Below are positions 1 to 10,944 of a stretch of DNA of 64,000 nt, piece after piece. Within the stretch, counting starts at the first letter, position 1. Each line of letters opens with the position of its first letter. This DNA is from an uncultured Alphaproteobacteria bacterium (GTDB lineage: Bacteria; Pseudomonadota; Alphaproteobacteria; Rhizobiales; Hyphomicrobiaceae), in the NCBI GenBank assembly GCA_963782555.1, contig CAWAKB010000002.1, forward strand, positions 28,308 through 92,307, written 5' to 3'. Made by a program: the position numbers and the translations under genes. The notes under the pieces were generated by a model. The model did not search any database and was not told where the DNA came from. It saw only the letters and a program-made list of their open reading frames with translations.

Positions 1-248
1 CGGCGGGCTGCGGCAGCTGCGCCACCATCGGTGCACAATGACCACAGCTCTCGGCCACTTCGCGGCAGGATTGCGGCGATCCCATGCCACAAAAGCCCGT
101 CGTTCGCGCCCGGGATGTAGCCCGTGTGACAACAATTGGGGATTTGTTAAGCCTGCGGCAAGCGGCCTCGCGCGACAGGATGACGGCGCCGGCACCGCGC
201 CATTTGGCAACGCTGTCCCATGTGTCGGTCAAAGAGCAGCCGCAAATT

Positions 249-1307
249 TCACCGCCCCTTGCAGATCGGTGTCGGCCGCGGCGGTCCGGCCGGATGATCC
301 TTCTTGTATTTGGCGAGGATGGGCTCGAGGGATTCCTTCGGCCAGAACTTGGGAGCGCGGATCTCTCTCAGGCAGGAGGCGTTCCAATATAATCCGGCGC
401 GCGCCAACGACTTGTGGGCCTTCACCGCCCGCGCGATGGCGGCGATGTCGCCTGACTCGGGATAGATGTAGAGCGTCGTCGGGTTGCCCTTCAGCATCGG
501 GATGATCTTGCTGGCGTCCGACGCCGTCCAACTGGTGCAGCCGTTGGAGCGGCCGCCGGCGTAGTTCTCCAGCTTACCGAACAGCACGTACCCGTCGTGG
601 TCGGCGTAGGGGCTGTGGGGATCCTTGCGCAGACAGCGCCCCCGCAACAAGACGGCCGGATGCCCGCCGATGGCGCGCGGTCTGGCGTTGGCGGTGTCGC
701 CTTCGCCGTCGAACTGCACGAACGAGCGGACAAAAGGCGCGAGCTTTTTCGCTGAGACGCGATAATAGCCTTTGAAGGACGTGATCTCCTCGGCCGTCAC
801 ATAGGCCCCGCCGGTCGTCAGCTTGGAATCCTCGGCATTGCTGAAGTGCTTTGCGCACCGTCTTCCGTTGGCGAAATTCGCGATGCCTTTCAGATGGCGG
901 CCGCCGCCATAACCCGCCGAAACCGCGCCAAACGACCGGTCAGCTTCGCAGATGACGTAAAACCGGCGCCCCAAATTGTGGCCCAAGGCGCTCGGGCGCG
1001 TGGCGTCCATGGCGAGGTAGCAGGGATTTTTGACCACGCCTTCGCGCACTTTTTGCCGGTAAAGCGCGCGCGCCCTCTGCAAAATCACGCGTGCGATCTG
1101 GCCCGGGCCGTTGCCGACATGGGCCCGCAGCCAAGCCGGAGCGTCCGACGCTTGCTCGGCGGCAAGCAATCGCTGTGGGCCCGGCAAGGCGGCAACGATG
1201 ATGACGAGGCCGACAATAGTGACTGGAAGGAGCGATCTTGGCTGCAACGGATCACGTCTCCTGTCGAAGCATTTCGCCCGCCCGTTTGGCACGCAGCATG
1301 CCGGCAC
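249..1307 (-). CDS. Exported murein L,D-transpeptidase catalytic-domain family (YkuD_2-like) protein; true start may be downstream
   Basis: 352-aa ORF with hydrophobic N-terminal segment; AIGGH...GGRSNGCT resembles the H...GRSxGC motif of YkuD_2 proteins. Confidence 0.6.
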   Translation of the reverse strand: MPACCVPNGRAKCFDRRRDPLQPRSLLPVTIVGLVIIVAALPGPQRLLAAEQASDAPAWLRAHVGNGPGQIARVILQRARALYRQKVREGVVKNPCYLAMDATRPSALGHNLGRRFYVICEADRSFGAVSAGYGGGRHLKGIANFANGRRCAKHFSNAEDSKLTTGGAYVTAEEITSFKGYYRVSAKKLAPFVRSFVQFDGEGDTANARPRAIGGHPAVLLRGRCLRKDPHSPYADHDGYVLFGKLENYAGGRSNGCTSWTASDASKIIPMLKGNPTTLYIYPESGDIAAIARAVKAHKSLARAGLYWNASCLREIRAPKFWPKESLEPILAKYKKDHPAGPPRPTPICKGR

Positions 1308-1608
1308 GAGGAAGGCATGCTCTTGCGTGAGTGACCGTGCCGCTACGCCTTGTTCTCTCCGGTCTCGGCGGCCGGGTCAATTCGAGCCCAAGGCTACAAA
1401 GCCGGCAACATAGAGTGCACCCGTAGCTAGGATGCCAATTAGCAAGATTCGTGACGGTTTCATTTGCTCATACTACCCCTCGCTGAATTCGCCATTGCGA
1501 CGTACCGGCCCACCCTTCTCGGTGTTTGTCGGCATGATCTGCCCGAGCCAACGACCAAGCTGCTGCCGGTCGGCTCAGCGAGCCAAGGGTATCCACAGGG
1601 AGGACGAC

Positions 1609-1881
1609 ATGATCAGCGTCTACATAATTGTCGGCGTCATCGACGCCGTCGTGAGCCTCTACCTCGCTTGGCGATACCGCGAGTTCCGCAAGTTCTTGGC
1701 GGGTGCATTCTTCGTGTCATCGGGCGTTCTGTTCTACCTTTATCTCGCCGATGTCTCGGTGCCGTTGCTGGGAACAGATTTTGTCGAGACGCCGGCGCTG
1801 AGCGGCACCCGCTCCATCGTGCATTTTATCCTCTTCCTGCTGTGTTTCTATTTTGGCTGGGTCAAGAAGCCGAGCGCGTGA
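1609..1881 (+). CDS. Small hypothetical membrane protein (about 90 aa, 3 TM)
   Basis: GGAGG SD before ATG 1609; hydrophobic MISVYIIVGVIDAVVSLYLAW...HFILFLLCFYFGW. Confidence 0.7.
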   Translation: MISVYIIVGVIDAVVSLYLAWRYREFRKFLAGAFFVSSGVLFYLYLADVSVPLLGTDFVETPALSGTRSIVHFILFLLCFYFGWVKKPSA

Positions 1882-2142
1882 GCCAGCGCTCCCTCCGTAA
1901 TAACCGACGGCCCTAGGCGCCTCGAACCGCGTTGTCATTCCCGCTCGCCATGCGCGCAAGGAGCCGGGCAGCGAGAAGCTGTGCCGGCATCGTGTCCTGC
2001 AGTGTTCTCTTAGAGCCCGACATTCTTTCACTCAGAGCTTAGGAGGAACACGTCCTTTTGAGCCAAGGTGTCGACGGTGGAAGCGGCGACGTTCCACCAG
2101 ATCAAGAAGAACAACATTAAAGACGCAAAGGGAGGATTACGT

Positions 2143-3210
2143 ATGCATTTAACAAAGCTGTCTCTGCGGACGGCAGGCATTCTTGGTGCGGCATCGATTG
2201 CGACATTGTCCTCGAGTGCGATTGCCGGAGACCACCACAACAAGACTCCGTTGGTCATCGCCGATCAGGGCATGTTCTTCATGGGCGGCGACGTCATCTA
2301 CAACCGGCCCACCGACAACGAGGACATCACCGAGCATCAGATGTACGTCCAGTATCAGGTGCCGGCCGGCAACCCGCGTGTGCCGGTGGTGTTCACGCAC
2401 GGCTGCTGCCTGAGCTCGGCCAGCTGGCAGACGACCCCTGACGGACGGCCCGGCTGGGACGTGTACTTCCTGCGCAAGGGCCATTCCGTGTATCTCACCG
2501 ACCAATCGGGTCGCGGCCGGTCAGGGTTCGATGCGACGCCCTTCAATCTGGTCCAATCGGGCCAGCTGGATCCAAGCCAGCAACCGGCGATCTTCTCTGC
2601 CAGCCACCAGCGCGGCTGGGATGCCTTCCGCTTCGGGCCCGCTCTCAACGTGACGTTCTCGGGCCTGAGATTTCCGATCGACCACGTCGACGAGCTCTAT
2701 AAGGAGATGATTCCGGACCTCAATTCCGGTCTGCCGACTCCCAATCCGACCTACAAGGAGCTCGCGGACCTGGCCGTCAAGGTGCACGGCGCGGTCTTGG
2801 TCGGACACTCCGAGTCCGGGCGCTTTCCCATCGAGGCGGCGCTCACCAATCCGGCGGGCGTGAGAGGCATCGTCTCGATTGAAGGAACCGACAGGGAGAT
2901 CACCGACGACGAGATTGCCATCCTGAAGAACATCCCGATCCTCGTCCTGTGGGCCGACTTCCTGGACCTTGGGCCGCAGCGGTGGCGCGATCGGTTTGCC
3001 GCCTACACCGCATTGGTCGACCGCATCAACGAAGCCGGCGGCAATGCCACGTTGATCCATCTTCCCGATATCGGCATTCACGGCAACAGCCACATGATGA
3101 TGCTGGACAACAATAGCGACCAGGTCGCCGGGATCATCGACGACTGGATCCGCGCCAATGTGGAGGATCATCACCACCACCACGGGCCTTGGCGCTTCTC
3201 AAGGCACTAG
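2143..3210 (+). CDS. Secreted alpha/beta-hydrolase (esterase-like)
   Basis: GGAGG SD, signal peptide ending AIA, PVVFTHG oxyanion region, GHSESG nucleophile elbow, GNSHMMM catalytic His. Confidence 0.8.
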   Translation: MHLTKLSLRTAGILGAASIATLSSSAIAGDHHNKTPLVIADQGMFFMGGDVIYNRPTDNEDITEHQMYVQYQVPAGNPRVPVVFTHGCCLSSASWQTTPDGRPGWDVYFLRKGHSVYLTDQSGRGRSGFDATPFNLVQSGQLDPSQQPAIFSASHQRGWDAFRFGPALNVTFSGLRFPIDHVDELYKEMIPDLNSGLPTPNPTYKELADLAVKVHGAVLVGHSESGRFPIEAALTNPAGVRGIVSIEGTDREITDDEIAILKNIPILVLWADFLDLGPQRWRDRFAAYTALVDRINEAGGNATLIHLPDIGIHGNSHMMMLDNNSDQVAGIIDDWIRANVEDHHHHHGPWRFSRH

Positions 3211-3423
3211 TCTGTTTGCATGTGAGCTCGTCTAAGCGTTGAGGGCCTTCATCCTGTTAGCGGATGACGGCCCTCTTCTTGGATTGAGGGTGCCTTTGAA
3301 AGCGCATCAATGTCGACTTCGGGCGACTCCTGGTCCTCTGGCGCTCGCGGAATGCAGGTCTGTCCCGAGGCTGCAAGCAGACGTCTCGCCGGGTGCCTCC
3401 GCGCCGCTGACTGGCGCCAAGCC

Positions 3424-4579
3424 CTAAACCGCTTCGAACAGCGCCGCCAGCCCCATGCCGCCCAGCACGCCGAGCGTCGCCACGCCGAGGCTGGCTTTGT
3501 CCTCGCCACGCGCCATGCGTGTGAACAGGCGGGCGACGAGCACCGCGCCGGCGGCGCCATAAGGATGTCCGCGCGCAATCGCGCCGCCGTCGGGGTTGAG
3601 GACGTCCTCGTCGAGCTCGAAGCTCTGCAAAAGCGCGATGGCCTGCGCGGCAGAGGATTTGCTCATCTCGATGACGCCGATGTCGGCCGGCTTGTAGCCA
3701 TTCATCCGCTCTTTGAGCTTCTTCATCGCCTCGATGGGAGCGTCCGCTTCCGCGTCGGGCGCCACGCCGCGCGCGGCCTGCGCGACAAGGCGCAGGGCGC
3801 GCGGCTTTCCAAGTGTGCTCCACAGACGCTCGGACACGACGACCGCCATCGCGCCGCCGTCGTGCATGGCACTCGTGTTGCCGGGTGTCAGCGTGCCGTC
3901 GGGCGAGAAATATGGCGCAAGCTGCGCCAGATCCTTGTAGTCGGGCTCGATGGCGCTTTGGTCGCGCGCCTCCTCGGCATTGGCGCGCAGCGGCACGATC
4001 TCGCCGACGAAACGGCGGCTGGTGCGGGCGGCCTCCGCCTTGAGGTGGGTGCGCAAGGCATAGGCGTCCTGCTGCGCGCGGCTGATCCCTAAGCGCGACG
4101 ACAGCGCCTCCGAGGATTCGATCAGAGGCGTGACCTCCTGCTCCTCGCTGGCGCTGGGCTCGAAGCTCATGAAGTGGGGCAGCTGATAGAGGCTGCGCGG
4201 CTTGGAGATGCGCCACGGCGCGGTCGACACCGAGTTCGGCGCCTCCGGCAAGGATGGCTTCGGCCTCGCCGAGAGCGACCCGGCGGATGGCCGACAGGAT
4301 TGCGTCGAGGCCGGAGCCGCACTGACGGTCGATGGTCGTCGCCGACACCGTCTCGGGCAGTCCGGCGGCGAGCGCGATAAGGCGAGCCGGGTTGCCGCCT
4401 TGAGAGGCGTTGCCGATGATGATCTCGTCGATCTGCCGCGGCTCGATCGCGCTATCTTGCAGCGCAGCAGCAATCAGCGGCGCGCACAATTGCTCGATGC
4501 GTCGCGCCTTGTGGAGGCCGCCAATGCGGCCAACCGCGGTCCGGCGGGCCGCGATGATATACGCTGGGACAGGGGGCAT
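3424..4579 (-). CDS. Thiolase-family protein with non-canonical active site; frameshift near 4235
   Basis: ARRTAVG start, DRQCGSG (Cys), GTLTPGN, GGAIARGHPYGAAG; N- and C-terminal parts in different frames. Confidence 0.85.
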
Positions 4580-4793
4580 CGTCGGGGCTTAAAGGTCCTT
4601 GAAGCAACGGCATAGGAGCGCCGCTTGACTTGGCAGCTCCCTTCTCCATTTGTTCTCTGAGCCGCACCCAACCACATGATGGTGGCGAAAACTGGAACAG
4701 TTGTTTCATGATTAGTGCCGGGCAAAGTACCAGCGCTATGCTCGCCACAGCGTCTGGTATAAGGTACCATCAAAGAAAAATTCTTGGGATGGA

Positions 4794-5294
4794 ATGATGA
4801 CCGAGGCCGCCGCCAGACATTCACTGCCGATATCTCAGAGCGATCGTCGTTTGGCCAAGGCCGTGGAGAGAGCGAGCCAAGCTTTCACCGATAAGAATAT
4901 CCGCTTCACCAAGCTGCGCCAGGATGTGTTCCAGGAGATCGCGGCGACCTACACCTCGATTGGCGCCTACGACATTCTCGCCCGCTTGGCCGAGAAGGGC
5001 ACGCGCCTGGCGCCGATCTCGATCTATCGTGCCATCGATGCTCTGCTCGAGGCGGGCGTCATCCATCGCCTGGAGAGCAAAAACGCCTATTTCGCCTGCC
5101 GCAAGCTCGATCATGCGGCCGGGCGCCGTCCGATCTTCCTCGCCTGTGAAAAGTGCAACGCCGTGCAGGAGGTCGACTCGGAGGGCATCTTCGAGACGAT
5201 CGACCGCGTGTCGCGCGCCACCTCGTTCCAGCCGCGCGTGAAATTCGTGGAGGTCTCAGGCCTGTGCCGCTCTTGCGCTGCTAAGAAGGACTGA
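4794..5294 (+). CDS. zur: Fur-family zinc uptake regulator
   Basis: SIYRAIDALLEAGVIHRLES, CEKC and CRSC motifs; directly upstream of znuC/znuB. Confidence 0.85.
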   Translation: MMTEAAARHSLPISQSDRRLAKAVERASQAFTDKNIRFTKLRQDVFQEIAATYTSIGAYDILARLAEKGTRLAPISIYRAIDALLEAGVIHRLESKNAYFACRKLDHAAGRRPIFLACEKCNAVQEVDSEGIFETIDRVSRATSFQPRVKFVEVSGLCRSCAAKKD

Positions 5295-5301
5295 AGGGCC
5301 T

Positions 5302-6214
<913 letters not shown>

Positions 6215-6222
<8 letters not shown>

Positions 6223-7012
6223 GCCGTTTCTGCTGCGCGCGCTCGTCGCCAGCCTGGGTCTTGCCGTGGTGGCGGCGCCGCTCGGCTGCTTCGTCGTGTG
6301 GCAGCGCATGGCCTATTTCGGCGAGACGACGGCGCAGGCGAGCCTCTTGGGCGTCGCCTTGGCGCTCGCCTTGCAGCTCGACCTGACGCTCGGCGTCCTC
6401 GTCGTGGCGATCGTGGTCGCCTTTCTGCTCATCTGGTTCGGGCGCCAGCAGGTCGTCGCGCTCGATTCGGTGCTGGGGCTCTTGCACCACGCGGCGCTTG
6501 CCGCCGGCGTCATCGCCACCTCCATGATCAAGGGCGCGCCCGTCGACCTCATGGGCTTCCTGTTCGGCGACGTGTTCGCCGTCACCATTTGGGATGTCGC
6601 CTGGATCCTCATCGGCGGAGGCGTGGTGCTCATGCTTGTCACATGGCTGTGGCAACCCCTGTTGCGGCTGGCGGTGCATGAGGATTTGGCCGCCGCCGAA
6701 GGCGTCGCGCGCGAGCGCGTGCGCATGGTCTTTACCGTCCTGCTCGCGGTCACAATCGCGGTCGCCATGAAGATCGTCGGCATCCTGCTGGTCATGGCCT
6801 TCCTCGTCGTCCCCGCCGTCGCCGCGCGCCCCCTGACGGGCTCGCCGGAGCGCATGGTGGTGCTGACCGCGCTCATCGCGGTCGCGAGCGTGATCGTGGG
6901 GCTGTGGCTGTCGTCGAGCTTCGATTCGCCCGGCGGGCCCTCGATTGTGCTTGTCATGTCGCTCTGCGCGGCGCTGTCCTTGACGGCGGCGGGCCTGAAA
7001 CAGAGGCGATAG
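6215..7012 (+). CDS. znuB: Zinc ABC transporter permease
   Basis: GTG start overlapping znuC stop; LGCFVVWQRMAYFGE, LFGDV, KIVGILLV motifs. Confidence 0.9.
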
Positions 7013-7072
7013 CGGGGGTGCGCCCAGGGAGCACTGGTCAAGAGCCTGGGGCTGGATTAGGTAGGCATTGAT

Positions 7073-8359
7073 ATGAACCGGGAAAACGAAGCCTCGTCGG
7101 GGCCGGATCTGATCGCAGCACGGCGGCGGTCGCAGCCGGTCGCCGTGGCCGACGTCATCGTCGGCGGCGGCGCACCGGTCGTCGTGCAATCGATGACCAA
7201 CACCGACACCGCAGACATCACGGCGACCGTCGATCAGGTGGCGGCGCTGGCACGCGCCGGCTCCGAGCTCGTGCGCATCACCGTCGACCGCGACGAGGCC
7301 GCCAAGGCGGTGCCGCACATTCGCGACCGGTTGCTCGCACGCGGCGTGCGCGTCCCCCTCGTCGGCGACTTTCACTATATCGGCCACAAGCTGCTCGGCG
7401 AGAACCCGGCTGCCGCCGAGGCGCTCGACAAATACCGCATCAATCCCGGCAACGTCGGCTTCAAGGACAAGAGGGACCGGCAGTTCGCGGAGATCATCGA
7501 CATCGCCCTGCGCTGGGGCAAGCCGGTGCGCATCGGCGTCAACTGGGGCTCGCTCGATCAGGAGCTGTTGACGCGGCTGATGGATGAGAACGCGCAGCTT
7601 GCAGCGCCCAAGGATGCGCGCGCTGTCATGCACGAGGCGATCGTCCAGTCCGCACTGCTGTCGGCTGAGCGCGCCGAGGAGCTGGGGCTCGGTGCCGACC
7701 GCATCATTCTGTCGGCCAAGGTCTCCGCCGTGCAGGACCTCGTCAGCGTCTACACCATGCTTGCCCGGCGCAGCCGCTACGCGCTGCACGTCGGGCTCAC
7801 CGAGGCCGGCATGGGCTCCAAGGGCATCGTCGCCTCCACCGCCGGCATCGGGCTCTTGCTGCAGGCCGGCATCGGCGACACCATCCGCGTGTCCCTGACG
7901 CCGGAGCCCGGCGGCGCGCGCACGCTCGAGGTGCAGGTGGCGCAGGAGATCTTGCAGAGCATGGGTCTCAGGTCGTTCATTCCGGTGGTGGCCGCCTGCC
8001 CGGGGTGCGGGCGCACCACATCGACCGTCTTCCAGGAGCTTGCGCGCGACATCCAGGAGATGATCCGCGCCCGCATGCCCACTTGGCGCCAGAGCTATCC
8101 CGGCGTCGAGACGATGAGCCTTGCGGTCATGGGCTGTATCGTGAACGGCCCCGGCGAATCCAAGCATGCCGATATCGGCATCTCGCTGCCGGGAACGGGC
8201 GAGACGCCGGCGGCGCCCGTGTTCATCGACGGGGAGAAGACGGTGACACTGCGCGGCCCGAATATTGCCGCCGAGTTCAAGCAGATCGTAGAGGACTACA
8301 TCGAGCGTCGCTTCGGTCCGGAGCAGTCGGATCCGCAGCGACGCAGAGAAACGGCCTGA
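7073..8359 (+). CDS. ispG: (E)-4-hydroxy-3-methylbut-2-enyl-diphosphate synthase
   Basis: [51 protein letters not shown]. Confidence 0.96.
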   Translation: MNRENEASSGPDLIAARRRSQPVAVADVIVGGGAPVVVQSMTNTDTADITATVDQVAALARAGSELVRITVDRDEAAKAVPHIRDRLLARGVRVPLVGDFHYIGHKLLGENPAAAEALDKYRINPGNVGFKDKRDRQFAEIIDIALRWGKPVRIGVNWGSLDQELLTRLMDENAQLAAPKDARAVMHEAIVQSALLSAERAEELGLGADRIILSAKVSAVQDLVSVYTMLARRSRYALHVGLTEAGMGSKGIVASTAGIGLLLQAGIGDTIRVSLTPEPGGARTLEVQVAQEILQSMGLRSFIPVVAACPGCGRTTSTVFQELARDIQEMIRARMPTWRQSYPGVETMSLAVMGCIVNGPGESKHADIGISLPGTGETPAAPVFIDGEKTVTLRGPNIAAEFKQIVEDYIERRFGPEQSDPQRRRETA

Positions 8360-8395
8360 GAGGTGACCTGCGTCGCGGCCTTTGGGGTGGGAGCC

Positions 8396-8911
8396 ATGAA
8401 AAGAGCAATGAGCGCGTGCCGGGCCAATTGGCGTTCTGGCGCAGGAGCCCTGCTGGCGCTGGCGCTGGCGGGCTGCTCCACCTCAACCGGCTCGCTCGGC
8501 GAGGTCGATCGCGTCTTTCTGTCGGCCGCCGGCAGCTGGGACCAGAACCACGATGGCATCGTCACCTGCGATGAATGGAAGGCCTATGCCGGCGACCTCT
8601 TCAAGAGCGCCGACGCCAATGGGGATGGATTTGTCGATCGCACCGAGTATCAGACGATCGTCAACACCGACCGCATGTTCCAGACCGTCGAGTTCCGCTA
8701 TTACGACGCCAACGGCGACGGCAAGCTCGACCGGTCCGAGTTCGTCGACAAGCCCAACCGTGCCTTTGCGCTTCTCGACCGATCCAATAAGTGCCAGCTG
8801 AGCGCCAGCCAGGTCGCCGGCGCGAGAGCCCACACCGAGCAGGTGTTCGAAACCAAGAAGGCCGAATCCGGTGACCCGCGCGAGAAGAACATCCCCGGCA
8901 TCAAGCAGTGA
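8396..8911 (+). CDS. EF-hand domain lipoprotein
   Basis: Lipobox LAGC; DQNHDGIVTCDE, DANGDGFVDRTE, DANGDGKLDRSE loops. Confidence 0.8.
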   Translation: MKRAMSACRANWRSGAGALLALALAGCSTSTGSLGEVDRVFLSAAGSWDQNHDGIVTCDEWKAYAGDLFKSADANGDGFVDRTEYQTIVNTDRMFQTVEFRYYDANGDGKLDRSEFVDKPNRAFALLDRSNKCQLSASQVAGARAHTEQVFETKKAESGDPREKNIPGIKQ

Positions 8912-9056
8912 GCGGCCTCCAAAGTTTGCGGCCGAACTTGATGACGCGCAGCGATCCGCGACCTGCGTCACAAATGCCGCGCGATTGACGGGAACCTAGC
9001 CGCAAGCGGTCGCGTTTTGGTCCCCAGAAAGCAATAGCTACGGGGGTTTCTCCGCC

Positions 9057-9758
9057 ATGAAACATGTGTTGCTGGCCGGGCTCATTGTCGGCTCCTGGTC
9101 GAGCTGCGCTCTCGCCGCTGATCTCGGACCTTATCGACCGCCGCCCTCCTATGAGCCTCGCTACGAGCCGGTGCACGACATGCCGGATCTCTGGCGCGGC
9201 TTCTACATGGGCGTCAATTCCGGCTACGGCTGGAGCAACGACGACACCGTCAGCTTCAGCGGCCCCGCAGGTGCCGCATCCGGCGCCATCAATCTCGACG
9301 GCTGGTTCGGTGGCGGGCAGGTCGGCTACAACGCGCAGTTCCGGCGGCTGGTTCTCGGCGTCGAGGCCGACATCCAGGCGTCCGACATCAACGACCGCAC
9401 CGGCCTTTCAGGAAACTACGTCGGCCAGGCCAGTGCCGATATCGACTGGTTCTCCACGCTGCGCGGCCGTGTCGGCTTCACCGCCGGCCCGGCGCTGCTC
9501 TACGCCACCGGCGGTCTTGCTTTCGCCGACGTCGACTACAACGTGAGCACGCCCAGCTTCTCGGGCAGCAGCGACGGCATCGAGACCGGCTATACGGTCG
9601 GCGGCGGCCTCGAGTGGGCGTTCGCGCCGAGCTGGTCGCTCAAGTCGGAGTACCTCTACGTGGACCTCGGGGATCAGGCTTTGAGCGGTGGTCCTTACAG
9701 ATCCAGCACCAACCTCGACTTCCATACGGTGCGCATGGGTCTCAACTACAAGTTCTGA
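9057..9758 (+). CDS. Outer-membrane beta-barrel protein, Omp25/RopB-like
   Basis: Signal peptide, WRGFYMGVNSGYG, GGQVGYN, STLRGRVG, C-terminal GLNYKF. Confidence 0.88.
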   Translation: MKHVLLAGLIVGSWSSCALAADLGPYRPPPSYEPRYEPVHDMPDLWRGFYMGVNSGYGWSNDDTVSFSGPAGAASGAINLDGWFGGGQVGYNAQFRRLVLGVEADIQASDINDRTGLSGNYVGQASADIDWFSTLRGRVGFTAGPALLYATGGLAFADVDYNVSTPSFSGSSDGIETGYTVGGGLEWAFAPSWSLKSEYLYVDLGDQALSGGPYRSSTNLDFHTVRMGLNYKF

Positions 9759-9781
9759 CGCGCTCGCGGCGGGCCCGCATC

Positions 9782-10681
9782 TCAGTAGGCGCGGCTCGCC
9801 GCGAAATGCGCGGCCTCGATCAGGGTTGCCGCCCTGTCGCCGAACGAGGACAGGGCCGCGACCGCTCCGGCTTCCGTCTCGGCGAGCTTGGCGCGCGCGT
9901 TTGCAATTCCGAGCAGCGATACCAGGGTCGCCTTGCCGGCGGCCTGGTCCTTGCCGGTCGCCTTGCCGACAGTCTCCGCGTCCCCTTCCGCATCGAGCAG
10001 ATCGTCGGCGATCTGAAAGGCGAGGCCCAGGTGCTCGCCGTAGCGGCGCAGCGCGGCGCGGTCCTCGGCCTTGGCCTGCGCCAGGATGGCGCCCTGCTCG
10101 CAAGCGCATGCGATGAGCGCGCCGGTCTTGAGCGCCTGCAGCTTGTAGATGTGCTGAAGCGACGGCTGCGCCGGCTCCCCGCGCTTGTCGGCCTCGAGAT
10201 CCAGCATCTGGCCTTCGACCATGCCGCGTGCGCCAGAGGCTTTGGCGAGCACCAGGACCAGCTCTGCGCGCACGCCGGCGTCGGCATGCGTCGCCGGCCG
10301 CGCGAGGATCTCGAAGGCGAGCGTCAGCAGCGCGTCGCCGGTGAGGATCGCCGTCCATTCATCGAAAGCCTTGTGCACCGTCGGCCGGCCGCGGCGCAGG
10401 TCGTCGTCGTCCATGGCGGGCAGGTCGTCGTGGACCAGCGAATAGCAGTGCACGCATTCCAAGGCGGCGGCGGCATCGACCGCAGCCGCAGCCTTAACGC
10501 CGAGCAGTGCCGCACATTCGAGCAGCAGAAAAGGGCGGAACCGCTTGCCCGGGGCCAGCAAGGCATGCTGCATGGCGCTGCCGAGCCGCGGCTCCTCGCG
10601 GGGTCCGCATTCGGCGAGCAGCGCCCGCAATCGATCCTCGACGAGGCCGGCGGCGGCCTCCAGACTTTGCACAAATGCCAT
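9782..10681 (-). CDS. ispA: Farnesyl/geranyl diphosphate synthase
   Basis: GKRFRP, LVHDDLPAMDDDDLRRG, KTGAL, FQIADDLLD. Confidence 0.93.
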   Translation of the reverse strand: MAFVQSLEAAAGLVEDRLRALLAECGPREEPRLGSAMQHALLAPGKRFRPFLLLECAALLGVKAAAAVDAAAALECVHCYSLVHDDLPAMDDDDLRRGRPTVHKAFDEWTAILTGDALLTLAFEILARPATHADAGVRAELVLVLAKASGARGMVEGQMLDLEADKRGEPAQPSLQHIYKLQALKTGALIACACEQGAILAQAKAEDRAALRRYGEHLGLAFQIADDLLDAEGDAETVGKATGKDQAAGKATLVSLLGIANARAKLAETEAGAVAALSSFGDRAATLIEAAHFAASRAY

Positions 10682-10944
10682 TGGCGGATTACCTAGTGTC
10701 CCTATTCCGAGGCTCGCCTGCGTTCGATGCTAGGATCCCAAGCGGACTTTGGATTTAGAAGGGACACTAGAATCATAGAGTTGCGAGTGTGACTCAGATC
10801 GAGAAACTCGCTTAAGGCGCCTGCCGCAAGCAGCGGCGGATCTCCCGATCATCACATGAGTAGCCCTTTGCCACCCATTCCCAGCCGTCAGCCGCGAGCG
10901 GCGTCGGCGCTGCGGATATAGCACCCGGGGCTCGCAAGGCCAGT

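Noticed and set aside
1417-1428. GCACCCGTAGCT, identical to the 5' end of tRNA-Arg, as an att site
   Set aside because: Only 12 nt, matches the 5' rather than the 3' end, and no integrase nearby; plausibly chance
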